Shown here one piece after another: positions 44,717 through 57,257 of a stretch of DNA of 64,000 nucleotides; within the stretch, counting starts at the first letter, position 1, and each line of letters begins with the position of its first letter. The translations under genes were made by a program, and so were the position numbers. The stretch is from Eledone cirrhosa (lineage: Eukaryota), in contig OZ024741.1 of NCBI GenBank assembly GCA_964016885.1, positions 169,818,001-169,882,000 on the forward strand, given 5' to 3'. The notes under the pieces were generated by a model. That model saw only the letters and a program-made list of their open reading frames with translations, was not told the origin of the DNA and did no database searches.

Positions 44717-45097
44717 TGTTGTTATAGTTTGGGAGGGTTATGTTGCCAATAAAAAACACACGCACCTGTTGGTTTTCACTTCAATTTATTATAAATTTCC
44801 GGTTGGTTCGATAACCGGAAGGTTGTTTATATGTTGTCAAAGCTCTTTCGTCACACATTCTGAGACCACCTCAGTGACTAGGTTTTTATTTTGTGTGTCT
44901 CTCCTTTGTTCTGTCAATATATAAACGACCTTTCGCTTATCGAACCAACCAACCAGCCGGAAATTTATAATAAATTGAAGTGAAAACCAACAGATGCGTG
45001 TGTTTTTATTGGCAACATGACTCTCCCAAAGTATAACAATATCTGTTTCAACACACGTTTTCAGATAAGAAATCTCGCAAAACAAATTCAAAAACAA
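44717..45097. mobile_element. Head-to-head inverted pair of family H1 hammerhead repeats
   Basis: 44717-44915 is a minus copy carrying a hammerhead at 44836-44878 (core CTGAGGT, A9 mutated). 44912-45097 is a plus copy. Both match 55735-56030. Confidence 0.8.
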
Positions 45098-45119
45098 TAG
45101 AATACTTATTTATGTGTAT

Positions 45120-45545
45120 GAATCACTACCTTCCCACGGACAACTGACCCTGCACACCAGGTCCGGACACAGAAGAGCCACATTCCAACTCTCATCGCCT
45201 CCATCCCTCTCGTCCTCCCCATCTCTCTGTATTATGAACAAATGGGGTCGCACGTGCTGGCCTCCCCACAGTCCCGGCGGACTGAATGGAGAAAGCGTTT
45301 TCCCGGAGGATGGTGAGGGAGATGCGCTGGAAGGGCCATTCCAGCTCGCGAGGCTCACACCAGCAGCTAGCCAGCTCAGCGCCTATGGTGGTAAGTAGGG
45401 AGATAGCCCTAGAACCAAGGACACTAGAAGTCTCCACTGCACGACCGCAAACCTGTCGGAGAGCGACCGATACCTGGAGAGTTTGCCCTCCTCAGCCCGA
45501 AGTGCAGCAGAGCCTGGGTTAGTCAGTCGCAGATTGCATGAGGTT
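45120..45545 (-). mobile_element. CRE-clade RLE retrotransposon 3' fragment
   Basis: AALRAEEGKLSRYRSL..AVETSSVLG..EPRELEWPFQRISLTILRENAFSI. Confidence 0.7.
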
Positions 45546-46320
45546 GCGGTTGGAGTGAGTAAATGTTTTAAAACAACCGTGGGGGAATTATTTAGGCATC
45601 AAATATGTCTGGAGACATCGAAGCATTTGAAATATGAGATGCTACGAAGCCTCTTGCATTGCCATGCAGAATACAATACAACCTTTAATATTTCTTGTAT
45701 TTCAAAATGCAATATGATGGTAGCAGTCGTGGTGACTGTGGTATTGATGAGGTCGTGATGATGATACGGGCAAGGATGATGATGATGATAAGGTTGGTGG
45801 TGGTGGTGGTGGTGGTAGTGGTGGTGGTGGTGGTGGTGGTGATAATGGTGATGATGATGTTGGTGATGGTGATGGTGATGATGATGATGATGATGATGAT
45901 GATAATGATGAGGATGATTATAATGATGATGATGGTGATGATGATGATGATTGTGGTGATGACGATGGCGTTGTTGATGGTGGTGGTAGTGCTGTGAGTA
46001 TGATAATGGTGGCGGTGGTGTTAGTAAAATGGTGATGGTGATGGTAATAATCATAACGATGATGATGATGGTGGTGGTGGTGGTGGTGGTGGTGACGATG
46101 ATGGATATTATGATGAGGAGGAGGAAGAGATGGATGGTGGGAAGGCTGGTAGTGGTGGAGATGTTGATATTAATTGTTTCTACTTTTGGCACAAGGCCAG
46201 CAATTATCCCAGTGTATTACTGGTACTTTATTTTATCGACCCCGTACGGATGAAAGTCAAAGTTAACCTCGGCGGAGATGTTGATAAGAATGATTGTTAA
46301 CAGCAAGGACGTTGAGAACT

Positions 46321-46367
<47 letters not shown>

Positions 46368-46529
46368 GACGATGACACTCACGACGACAACAAAAACGAC
46401 GACGATAATAACGACGATAATGATGATGATAGTGAAGATGATGATGATGATGATAATGATGACGATGATGATGATGATGATGACGATGATGATGATGATG
46501 ATGATGATGATGACGGTTATTATTGTTAT

Positions 46530-47237
46530 TATGGCCAAGGTGTTAGCAACGAGGTTGGCGCTTGTCGTCAAGGGTCTGGTGGGAGAGGTGCAGACATGCA
46601 CCATTCCGGACAGATCGATACACGACAACCTCCACCTCATGCGATACATCATAGAGAGGGTGGTTAAGGAACCTGGCACGGGTGGGGCCCTGATCAACTT
46701 GGATCAATCCAAAGCATTTGATAGGGTCGACCATCGGTACCTGGCGGCGGTCCACGAGGCAGCCGGTTTCGGGCCCGTTTTCAGGGGTTGGATCGCAGCA
46801 ATGTACATCGACATCTGCTCAGTTGTGAGGGTGAACGGTCACCTGTCGCAGCCGTTCAGCATCATGCGCTCAGTCCGCCAGGGTTGTCCCCTCTCGTCCC
46901 TCTTGTACGTATTGGCTCTCGAGCCATTACTGCACAAACTGGGGGCGATGAGGGGCGTTCCACGCGAACTAGAATGCGGGAAATCCGAGTCGGCTTGCGC
47001 CGACGACATCACCGTGTTGGTGTCGAGCACCAGACACGTCTAGATGCTCGGCAGCGCTCTCAAGGAATATGAAGCGCTGCAAGAGCAAAGATAAACCAGG
47101 AAAAGTCGATGGGTTTGAAGCTCGGCACCTGGAGAGGCAAGTCCATGCCGTCCGACAGCGTCGTGGGGCGTTGGACGGACGGACCGGTTAAATTGCTCGG
47201 GGTCTGGTTCGGACTGGACCTCCAGATGGAGAAAAAA
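46530..47237 (+). mobile_element. L1/Tx1-clade RT fragment
   Basis: QTCTIPDRSIHDNL, LDQSKAFDRVDH, VRQGCPLS, CADDITV, KLLGVWF. Confidence 0.9.
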
Positions 47238-48296
47238 GATGGTACCGAACTGTTTGGCTCTTGCTTTATACTCTATGTCATTTCCGATGCACTCCTAAGC
47301 AGCCTCTGCTTGGCTGGCAGGTTCCACTTTTCGTGTCTGCACTGAAATGCATCGAAAGTACACCGTCCTCCTTTGCATGGCCGCTATTGCCCCGTCCGGG
47401 ATGGTTAGATTTTCCCAGGACTTCTCCCGTTTAATTAGCCTCCACGCTTGGGCCAACTGTTCGTCTTTATCGCTAATATCAATATCCAATAAGCGCTTTG
47501 TTTTTGCTGCTGCTGCTGCAAATGTGGTGCTTCTGATGCTCTTGTTGTTGGTGTTGTCGTTCTCGCTATTGTTATTGGTGTTGTTGTTGTTGTTTTGTTT
47601 GTTGTTGCTATTGCCACCGCCATCCGTGTTTACATTGAAGCTGTCGGTGTTATTGTCGTTGTTGCTCTGAGTTGTTGTTGTTGCTGTGGTGGTGGTGGTG
47701 GTGGTGGCGGTGGCGGCGGTGGTGGTGGTGATGTCGTTTTCAGATGATACTGCTGCTAACACAGAAGGTTGTGATGGTAGCTTTTGAGTTTTGCCTTCAC
47801 ATTCAGTAGAGTGGACGACAGGCATGACTATAGCCATCGTAGTTGTGGTGAAATCTACAGTGCCTGCTTTTAAACTTTTGACCTGAACATTGTTTACCGT
47901 TTCAAGGTCAAAAATTGCATTTTTTTTTGGTGGGGAAGCGATTTTTTTCGAAGTTTTTAAAAATAAATCTGAATATTCAGGCTTAAAGCCCGAATATTGA
48001 GAGGTATCACTCCCTTGAAACCAAGATGTGTACCTTATGTTTCGTTAACGACAAGAAAATACAAAAAATAATACTTTAAAACAGCTTAAAGTTACGAACC
48101 TTTTCCCCCGCAGACTTGTACTGTCTTCACACGTCCATAATAATGATAATAATAATAATAATAATAATAATAATTGTTTCTACTTTTGGCACAAGGCCAG
48201 CAATTACCCAGTGCATTAAAGTACCAGTAATGCACTGGTTATTTGCAGGCCTTGTGTCTAAAGTAGAAACAATTATTATTATTATTATTATTATTG

Positions 48297-48529
48297 TTCT
48301 TTGAGTCTCAGTCATTGATGTTAGTTAACTGGAAAGTTTGTTGAAATGAATATCAAGCCACTACCTGCAGCCTCAGATATTCAGGACGTATCGGAGGGTT
48401 CTTGCTGTTCCCAGCAAGCATGCCTTTTGAAGCGTTCCAAAAAGCGTGGCGGGGCCAATTTTCTTTAAACAACCCTGGAAACTTTTTGAGATAGTACCTA
48501 GTGCGCCAATGACAATCGGGACCACTTTG

Positions 48530-48530
<1 letters not shown>
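48297..48530 (-). mobile_element. R4/Dong family A, short 3' copy in (AAT)n
   Basis: KVVPIVIGALG..GTARTLRYVLNI plus a 3'UTR shared with the other family A copies. Confidence 0.9.
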
Positions 48531-48580
<50 letters not shown>

Positions 48581-48581
<1 letters not shown>

Positions 48582-49675
48582 CTTGAGTCTCAGTCATTGA
48601 TGTTAGTTAACTGGAAAGTCCGTTGGAATGAATATCAAGCCACTACCTGCAGCCTCAGATATTCAGGACGTATCGGAGGGTTCTTGCTGTTCCCAGCAAG
48701 CATGCCTTTTGAAGCGTTCCAAAAAGCGTGAAGGGGCCGATTTTCTTAAACCATCCCTGGAAACTTTGGGAGATAGTCCCCAGTGCGCCTGTGACAATCG
48801 GGATCACTTTGACTTCATGGCAGTTCCAAATCCTTTTTACCTCCCACTTTAAGTCCTGGTATCGGTTAATTTTCTCCCTCTCCTTCTCTTGCACTCTCGT
48901 GTCGAATGGGCAGGCCACATCCACAATCAGACACGATCTTTTTTCTTTGTCCACAACCACCAGGTCAGGTCTATTGTGTTCCAGTTTCTTGTCCGTCTGT
49001 ATCCTAAAATCCCACAGCACCTTCACCTGATCGTTTTGTATCACCGACTCTGGCTTATGCTCATACCATTTCTCAGAATGTGGTAAATTGTTTACTTTGC
49101 ACAGGTGCCAGTGGATCACCCTGCCCATCACATCATGTCTCCAGCCCTTATAGTGGGTCTGGGCTAGGTGTTTACACTCGGATACAATGTGAGCCACAGT
49201 CTCCTCTCTCTCTCCACAGATCATGCACAGTGGGCTAGCCTCCTCCTTGTAAATATGGTGTTTCAACCACTTCGTTTTGAGGGCCTGCTGCTGCGCAGCC
49301 ATTAACATTCCTTCTGTAGCCTTTTTAAGGTCTCCTCTTCTCAACCAGTTCCATGTCTGTGGATCTCTAAATTCAGTTTTCTCAAAGAAGGTACTATGAA
49401 GGGATTTTTCCTGAAGGCTGCTCTTTCTTCTTGATGTTATTTCCTCCTTGGACATCCCCTGGCCTACTGTCCCCTCCTTCAGTACAGTTCTGAGCATTGG
49501 CTCCTTACTATAGGTCACGTATTTGTATAGGTTGTTTTTCTCCATCTGAACACAGTTCTCTATGCTGATAAGACCTCTTACACCCTCAGATCTCCTTAGG
49601 TAGAGTCTATCGGCATCACTCCTCTTGTGGAACATGTTGTAGATAGTCAATAGCTTCCTAGTCTATTTCTTTTTG

Positions 49676-49677
<2 letters not shown>
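48581..49677 (-). mobile_element. R4/Dong family A, 5'-truncated copy in (AAT)n
   Basis: ORF 48655-49650 with CCHC knuckle, RHD and RPD..D RLE. Confidence 0.92.
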
Positions 49678-49718
<41 letters not shown>

Positions 49719-49719
<1 letters not shown>

Positions 49720-50990
49720 AGTTGCATTTATCTTGCTTTATGTTCATACGAGTTATCATCAAGTCACAACCAGTGACCTCAAGAGACAACAAGGTCCGCC
49801 ATGTTCAAGAAAGAACATACATACTCACACATGCATCTTTAGTGTTTAGACTTGTGATGTACTTATATTGACAGAATCTTCCTTAGTATATGGGCAGTTC
49901 CCATTAGTACTATCTTTTGTATTTCTCCTATACGCGGGTTTCCTGGGATTTGCGATAAGTAATCAATAGACCCCTTAGGTATCATTCCCAGAGCGCCTAC
50001 AACCACTGGTATTATTTTAGTTCTCAATTTCCACATTTTTCCAATTTCTATCTCCAGGTCCTTATACTTGCTCAATTTTTCAAATGTTTTTATAGATACA
50101 TTCTTGTCTATTGGAACAGACATATCAATTAGCAGGCATACCCTCTTTTTAAAGTCCTTCAATATTATATCAGGTCTATTTGCATCTATTTTTCGGTCTG
50201 TTTGGATGCTAAAGTTCCACAGGATTGAGATGTGATCTTTTTCAAGTATGGGAGGCAAGTATGCTCCCACCAATTCTTTTGATGGGGCAGGTCAAAATGC
50301 TTACACATTATCCAATGTATGTATTGTGCAGCTCTGTCATGCCTGTTTAGGTATTCGGTTGGAGCTATAGGACTGCACATTGAAATTATATGGTCAATGG
50401 TCTCTGGTTGTTTTTTGCATACACGGCATAATGGGCTGCATCCATTTTTTATTATGTTGGCTTGGTAATTTTTTGTTGGCAGACACTGATCTTGTGCTGA
50501 TATAATCAGTCCTTCAGTCTCCGATTTCAGTCCAGAGGATGCCAACCACTGATGGGTTAAAGTTTTGTCAACATCAGGATTGTTAGCTCGCTCTGGGTAT
50601 TTTCCATACAGAGGCTTTTCTTGCCATTTCTTAGCCAGTTTCTGTAGCAGTTCTTTCTTTGCAGTTACTTTTACCTGCTTTGCTTTTTCTGTGTTTTCCA
50701 TTTCAGCAGTAAATGGGACTTCTGAAATTTGTAGTCCATTACTGTATCTTTGTGCATCTTTTGTAATGGAATATGATCTTTTGATGCTTTCGTGTTTCAA
50801 AACGAGTTTTATCATCCAATCATGTGATTCCCTTAGATATGTAGATAATCCAATTGTCGCAGTTTTCAACGCAATGTCTAACTGGATTAACCCACGTCCT
50901 CCTTCTTTCCTAGGGAGATATATTCTATCTATATCTGCCTTAGGGTGACGCATTCTGTGCATGGTTAAGAATTTTCGAATTTTTGTATCG
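49719..50990 (-). mobile_element. R4/Dong family B, 5'-truncated copy in (AAT)n
   Basis: ORFs 50186-50962 and 49863-50273 (frameshifted): CRVCKKQPETIDHIISMC, RHD, NRPDIILKD..IDMSVP; distinct 3'UTR. Confidence 0.9.
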
Positions 50991-51030
50991 TTATTATTAT
51001 TATTATTATTATTATTATTGTTGTTGTTAT

Positions 51031-54000
51031 TCCTTGAATCTCAGTCATTGATGTTGGTTAACTGGAAAGTCCGTTGGAATGAATATCAAGCCACTACCTG
51101 CAGCCTCAGATATTCAGGACGTATCGGAGGGTTCTTGCTGTTCCCAGCAAGCATGCCTTTCGAAGCGTTCCAAAAAGCGTGAAGGGGCCGATTTTCTTTA
51201 ACCATCCCTGGAAACTTTTGGAGATAGTCCCCAGTGCGCCTATGACAATCGGGATCACTTTGGCTTCATGGCAGTTCCAAATCCTTTTCACCTCCCGCTT
51301 TAGGTCCTGGTATCGGTTAATTTTCTCCCTCTCCTTCTCTTGCACTCTCGTGTCGAAAGGGCAGGCCACATCCACAATCAGACACGATCTTTTTTCTTTG
51401 TCCACAACCACCAGGTCAGGTCTATTGTGTTCCAGTTTTTTGTCCGTCTGTATCCTAAAATCCCACAGCACCTTCACCTGATTGTTCTCCATCACCGCCT
51501 CTGGCCTATGCTCATACCATTTCTCAGAATGTGGTAAATTGTTTACTTTGCACAGGTGCCAGTGGATCACCCTGCCCATCACATCGTGTCTCCAGCCCTT
51601 ATAGTGGGTCTGGGCCAGGTGTTTACACTCGGACACAATGTGAGCCACAGTCTCCTCTCTCTCTCCACAGATCCTGCACAGTGGGCTAGCCTCCTCCTTG
51701 TAAATATGGTGCTTCAACCACTTCGTTTTGAGGGCCTGCTCCTGCGCAGCCATTAGCATTCCTTCTATAGCCTTTTTGAGGTCTCCTCTTCTCAACCAGT
51801 TCCATGTCTGTGGATCTCTAAATTCAGTTTTCTCAAAGAAGGTACTATGAAGGGATTTTCCCTTAAGGCTGCTCTTCCTCCTTGATGTTATTTCCTCCTT
51901 GGACATCCCCTGGCCTACTGTCCCCTCCTTCAGTACAGTTCTGAGCATTGGCTCCTTACTATAGGTCACGTATTTGTATAGGTTGTTTTTCTCCATCTGA
52001 ACACAGTCCTCTATGCTGATAAGACCTCTTCCACCCTCAGATCTCCTTAGGTAGAGTCTATCGACATCACTCTTCTTGTGGAACATGTTGTAGATAGTCA
52101 ATAGCTTCCTAGTCTTCCTATCCATTTCTTTTTGTTCAGCAACATTCCATCTCAGAATCCCGCACTATACCTAATAATAGACACAGCTCGGGAATTTACT
52201 GCGCTTATGGCATTTCTGCCGTTCAGATGTGACTTCAATACGCTCCTTACTCTCCGAATGTATTCAGTTCTTAACAATTCCTTCATTTTTTTGTTCTTTA
52301 TGCCATCAGCCTCCAGAACGCCCAAATACTTGTATCCTTCCTCAGAGTCAATTTCCTTTATCATCTCACCTGTTGGTATCTGGATCCCGTTACTTCTGCT
52401 CAACCTACCCCTCCTCATCACAATGACTCCACATTTACTAATACCAAACTGCATACATATATCACTGCTGAAAATACGGACAGTGTCAACAAGCACATCC
52501 AACTCCTTCTCACTTTTCCCGAAGAGCTTAAGATCATCCATGAAGAGGAGGTGATTGATGGTAAGCTCTCCCTTTCCCAACTTGTATCCTGCTCTCACTT
52601 TTCGCAGCATAATGGTCAAGGGCATCAGGGCAAGGACAAACAACAGAGGGGACAGGCTATCTCCCTGGAAGATACCTCTCTTGATCTTCACGCTTCCCAA
52701 GGATACTCCAGTTGATGTCAACTCTGTCTCCCAAGACCCCATACTCCTGCCCAGCAACACTCTGATGTTATCTGCCACCCTGAAGATCTCCAGGCTTTTG
52801 GTGATCCAAGAATGAGGCACCATGTCAAATGCCTTTCTGTAGTCTATCCATCCCATGGCAAGATCAGTGTGTCTCCTCCTGCAATTCCCCATTACCATCT
52901 TATCAATAAGTAACTGGTCCTTTGTACCACGTGACTTCTTTCGGCATCCTTTCTGTTCGTCCGGTAACAAGTTGTTTGTGTGGAGGTGATGGTAGATTTC
53001 CTCAGACACAATGCTCGTCAACAGTTTCCACATTACGGACAGACATGTGATAGGTCTATAGTTGGTAACATCATTACCCTTGATTCGGTCTTTCATTATC
53101 AGAACTGTGGTACCTTTTGTCAACCACTCTGGCACCTCACCCGACACCAAGCAGTTATTGAACATGGCCGTCAGCTTCGGGTGGAGGGATGTTAAATTTT
53201 TAATCCAATACCCCTGCACACCATCTGGGCCTGGTGATTTCCAGTTGGTTAGCTTTTTGGCCTGCCCCTTAAGAGTTTCAACTGTGATACTCAAATCAGT
53301 TTGTTGGTGTGCCTGCTCACCGATCTCCCTCTGTACTGTCTCAATCCACCCTGCCTGGACATTATGTCTAACATCCTGCTCCCATATTCCTCTCCAGAAT
53401 GTTTTAGTTTGCTCCGCCCCAGGGATCAAGTCGTTGCCTCTTTCTTTCCCCTCAAGCTGTCCAAACAGCATCTTCTGGTTGTTGTCGAACATGCGGTTCT
53501 GTTTATACTGACTGACTCTGTTCTCGTATCGCCTGATTTTTGCACTCTTTGCTACAATGCGTTGCTTCAGTTCCTCTATGATAATATTTAGCTTTTTCCT
53601 CCTAGTTTTGTACTTTATTTCCAGTCTATTTTTAGTGCCTATGTTTTTTAGTGTCCCATTCAGTAGTGACTCAAGCTTTCCTATGTCATTTCTCATTTCC
53701 CCGATTTGACCACTCAGTCGTTTCTTCCACCACGGCTCTGCTCTTTCTTGTCTGTTGTTTCCTCTCGCTTTTATACCAAGTAGTTTCCTCACCGTATTTG
53801 CTGTTGCTTTGAGGATATTGTTGCACTGGTGAAGGCTCCTCGCCTCAAGGTATGGGATGACTTTGTTTACCTTAGCTGTTGTTTCTTTTAACTTTTTCCT
53901 GTCTACAAATCTTAGGTTCATAGGTCTCCCACTATCATTGTTCAATTCATCTACCACTAAATTTAGGATGTCAACCGAATCTTGTCCTAGCCCGTCAGCA

Positions 54001-54560
54001 TTCATCTCCTCAGTGGCCGTATCTCTGTTCCAGGTATTATTTATCTCAGTACTCAGATCATTGTCTGCTTCGGGTGGTTCCTCCGTTCTCAGGACCTCTT
54101 CACCTTCATTTCCCACTGGCTCGCTTGTCTGGCATACTACACCCGCCATCTCCAAGCCATTCTCTCTGCTCAGTTCCTCCAGTTCCAGATGTTATGCATC
54201 CGTCTCCTGTAGCCCCTCTCCTTGGGGTTACTTTTCAGGTAACATTGCATAATAGTTCTATTCAATTCTTTCGTCCAGTTGGTTCTGGCCCCTTTCCTTC
54301 TTCTTGTTCCTCCAACATCAGCAGTATTTGTTTGACAGTCAGGTTCCTGCTGCTGAGCCAGGGGGCACCTGTTGGGTGAGAGTCTGTCACATGACGAAAT
54401 AGTCTCCATTTCACCGTTATTCGAACTGTTTATGTTCGATATTTAAACACTCTTATCGAGGATTGGCGAATGTATAGTTACATAGCCATCTGTGGATCCG
54501 CCATCCCACTTGGCCCTTGTGTGGCATTATCACCACGCTGTATACGAACACACATAAACA
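51031..54560 (-). mobile_element. R4/Dong family A, near full-length element (5' boundary approximate)
   Basis: Single-ORF architecture of N-terminal domain, RT, CCHC and RLE; 3' end in (AAT)n. Confidence 0.92.
51106..54409 (-). pseudogene. RT + restriction-like endonuclease polyprotein, broken near 54180 and 52160
   Basis: WTKELN..MQCY..RGYRRRM, QKGCRKKSRGTKDQL, WIDYRKAFD, GIFQGDSLSPLLF, LFMDD, YKYLG, CRICGEREETVAHIVSEC, RPDLVVVD. Confidence 0.92.
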
Positions 54561-55280
54561 AACAAACACACAGGCAGAAGGGGCCCCAAAAATGAATAAG
54601 CATAAGTTTCATTGTAATGTAGTGTTTGAATGTCTGACTTAGTTTTTGTTTTTTTAGTTTTAGTTTTTCCCCCCTCTTCTCTGTCCGTCCGCCTGCTTCT
54701 CTCTTCATTCTTATTTTCTTTACGTTTTTTGTTTTTGTTTTTCTCTGTTTGTTTTTCTCGTTTTTTGCTGTTGTTGCTGTGCTGCTTTGGTTTTGTTGTT
54801 TGTTTTTTCTTTTTTCTTTTGAGTCTATCTATATATTTTGATGCCTTCCTCTTTTTTAGTAGTAGGAATTCTATAATGTGGTGGCAGCAGCCAACTGGGT
54901 GAAGTGGAGGACTGGCGGCGGTAGCGATACTGAGACAGTGGTGGTGGTGATGTCGATACCGAGGCAGTGGTGGTCAGTGAAGGAGTGAAGAGTGGTGGCA
55001 GCGGTGATGGGATAGTGGTGGTAATGATGGCAGTAGGGAGCGGTGGTGGTGAAATTGCCGTTATCTGGCTGTTGTGTTTAGTGTACACAGGTGATGAGGT
55101 GGGTGGTGTATCTAGTTTCTGGTGTTGGTGAGTTTGGCTGTTCTATATAGTGTATCTAGTTTCTGGTGTTGGTGAGTTTGGCTGTTCTATATAGTGTAGA
55201 CAGAGGAGAGGAGGGGGGGGGGGGTTCTTCTTCCATTTATAGCCATTTTCTTTTTTGGATATACAGTGTACAATACGAAG

Positions 55281-55327
<47 letters not shown>

Positions 55328-55524
55328 CATTATTGTTATTATTATCATTATGATGATGAAGATGATGATGATGTGAAGGATGAGGAGAAAGGTAATATGG
55401 ATTCGATAATAATACTGATAATAATACCAATCATCATCACCATCATCATCATCCTCATCCTCATCATCATCATCATTATCGTCGTCATCATCACCATGAT
55501 CATCATCATCACCATCAACATCAA

Positions 55525-55560
<36 letters not shown>

Positions 55561-55734
55561 TACCACCGTTATTACTATCATCGCCACCACCTTACCGACA
55601 CCAACATCATCAATAACATGAACTTAATACCACAAACACAATATCACCACAACCACCACCAACAACAACACCATCATTATCACAATCATCTTCATCATCA
55701 CCATCACGACACACACAAAAACAAGATGGCGTAG

Positions 55735-56030
55735 GACAGAACAAAGGAGGGGCACAAAAACAAAGAAAAGAATCCCCAGTCACTGAAGAGGTCACAGAAT
55801 GTGTGACGAAAGAACTTTGACAATATATAAACAACCATCTGGTTGTGGAACCAACCAACCGACCGGAAATTTATAAATTCCTAAATTTATTAATTTATTA
55901 TAATAAATTGAAGTGAAACAACTGGTGCGTGTGTTTCTTATTGGCAACATGACCCTCCCAAAGTATAACAATATCGGTTTCAACACACGTTTTCAGATAA
56001 AGAATCTTGCTAAACAAATTCAGAAACGAA
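55735..56030 (+). mobile_element. Family H1 hammerhead-bearing non-coding repeat
   Basis: Matches both halves of 44717-45097; ends in (TA)n. Confidence 0.75.
55779..55821 (+). ncRNA. Minimal type I hammerhead ribozyme (family H1)
   Basis: GTCA-CTGAAGA-G-GTCACA gaatg TGTGAC-GAAA-GAAC-TT-TGAC. Confidence 0.8.
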
Positions 56031-56100
56031 ATATATATATATTATATAACGTGTATTATATTAATTATGTATATATATATACACACATATATATACACAT

Positions 56101-56290
56101 AATCGTTTCTACTTTTGGCACAAGGCCAGCAATTACCCAGTACATTACTGGTACTTTATTTTATCGACCCCTTATGGATGAAAGGCAAAGTGAACTTCGG
56201 CGGGATTTGAACTCAGACCGTAAAGGTACGTAACTATGCTGCAAAGCATGGCGTCAGACGCTCTACCGATCCACCGCCAATCCTCCGCCC
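56101..56290 (-). mobile_element. Meta-domain-like SINE
   Basis: Same family as 13505-13693; further copies at about 41167-41315, 42187-42305, 46171-46277 and 57322-57508. Confidence 0.8.
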
Positions 56291-56442
56291 TTTATATACA
56301 TATATATATATTTATATATGTATATGTGTGTTGTGTATATCTATATATATGTATATATGTGTTGTGTATATCTATATATGTATATATGTGTTGTGTATAC
56401 ATACACACACACATCACACACGTATATATATATATATATATA

Positions 56443-57055
56443 TGGTGGCTGCCAACTCGTTTTCGAGTACGGCCACTACTTTATATCCATGTAGGAGAAC
56501 ACCTACCGATGCGCTGAACGAATGTGACTTTTTAGTCCAGCCAGCGACTTGAAAACTCTGGTACAAACACTACACCTGTGACCATTATTGACACATAGTG
56601 CAGGGCCCATGGTACCATGTGATGACAAGTGCAGAGAGATCTCCAGATATAAAGCAATGCCTGTGCTGTGAAGCTTTTATAGTGAGCAAAGGCACTGCAC
56701 AAAGCCAGTCCCACTCTCTTAACCAAGATGATATTTACCAAAAAGAAGAACAAGTCAACATCATTGGATACCATCAGGGTTGCAGCTGTTATATCAGAGT
56801 TTTCCTTCTCCTAGAATTCTGCCTTGACAAAGGCTAAGGGGTCATCTCTCCCGGTGATTTTGGATGGCTATTGAGTCTTAAGAGCTCCTTTGCCCTTTGA
56901 CAGGTTTTGTTTTTAGTCCTGCAGGATGTCCAAAGTCACCCTCCTCACTAAGAAACGTTGGTGGGGTTGCCAGTTTAGTCGCCAACGACCCGACCATGAG
57001 ACAGGTTGTACTGGGATACATGTTACCAGTAGCACCAACATGTTACCAGTAGCTA

Positions 57056-57059
<4 letters not shown>
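56443..57059 (-). mobile_element. About 615-bp non-coding repeat in (TA)n, probably RTE-derived
   Basis: Second copy at 4990-5430; RTE-5'UTR-like motifs cgactaaactggcaacccc and ctaggagaaggaaaactctg. Confidence 0.65.
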
Positions 57060-57097
<38 letters not shown>

Positions 57098-57226
57098 CAT
57101 ATATAATATTATATATATATACACACACATTATATATATACACACACACATTATATATATATATACAAACACACATTATATATATACACACACACATTAT
57201 ATATATACACACACACACATTGTATT

Positions 57227-57257
<31 letters not shown>

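Noticed and set aside
45599-46520. Poly-His, poly-Asp and poly-Met ORFs (also at 29.4, 31.5 and 55.3 kb)
   Set aside because: Translations of (GAT)n and (GGT)n microsatellites.
54490-54535. Twister-like TAATGCC-AC..CAAGT..GGCG-GA on the minus strand
   Set aside because: P4 and P1 do not pair; kept only as a generic structured-leader candidate.
55107-55198. 44-bp tandem duplication (similar ones at about 32455-32545 and 15870-16070)
   Set aside because: Ordinary local slippage duplications.
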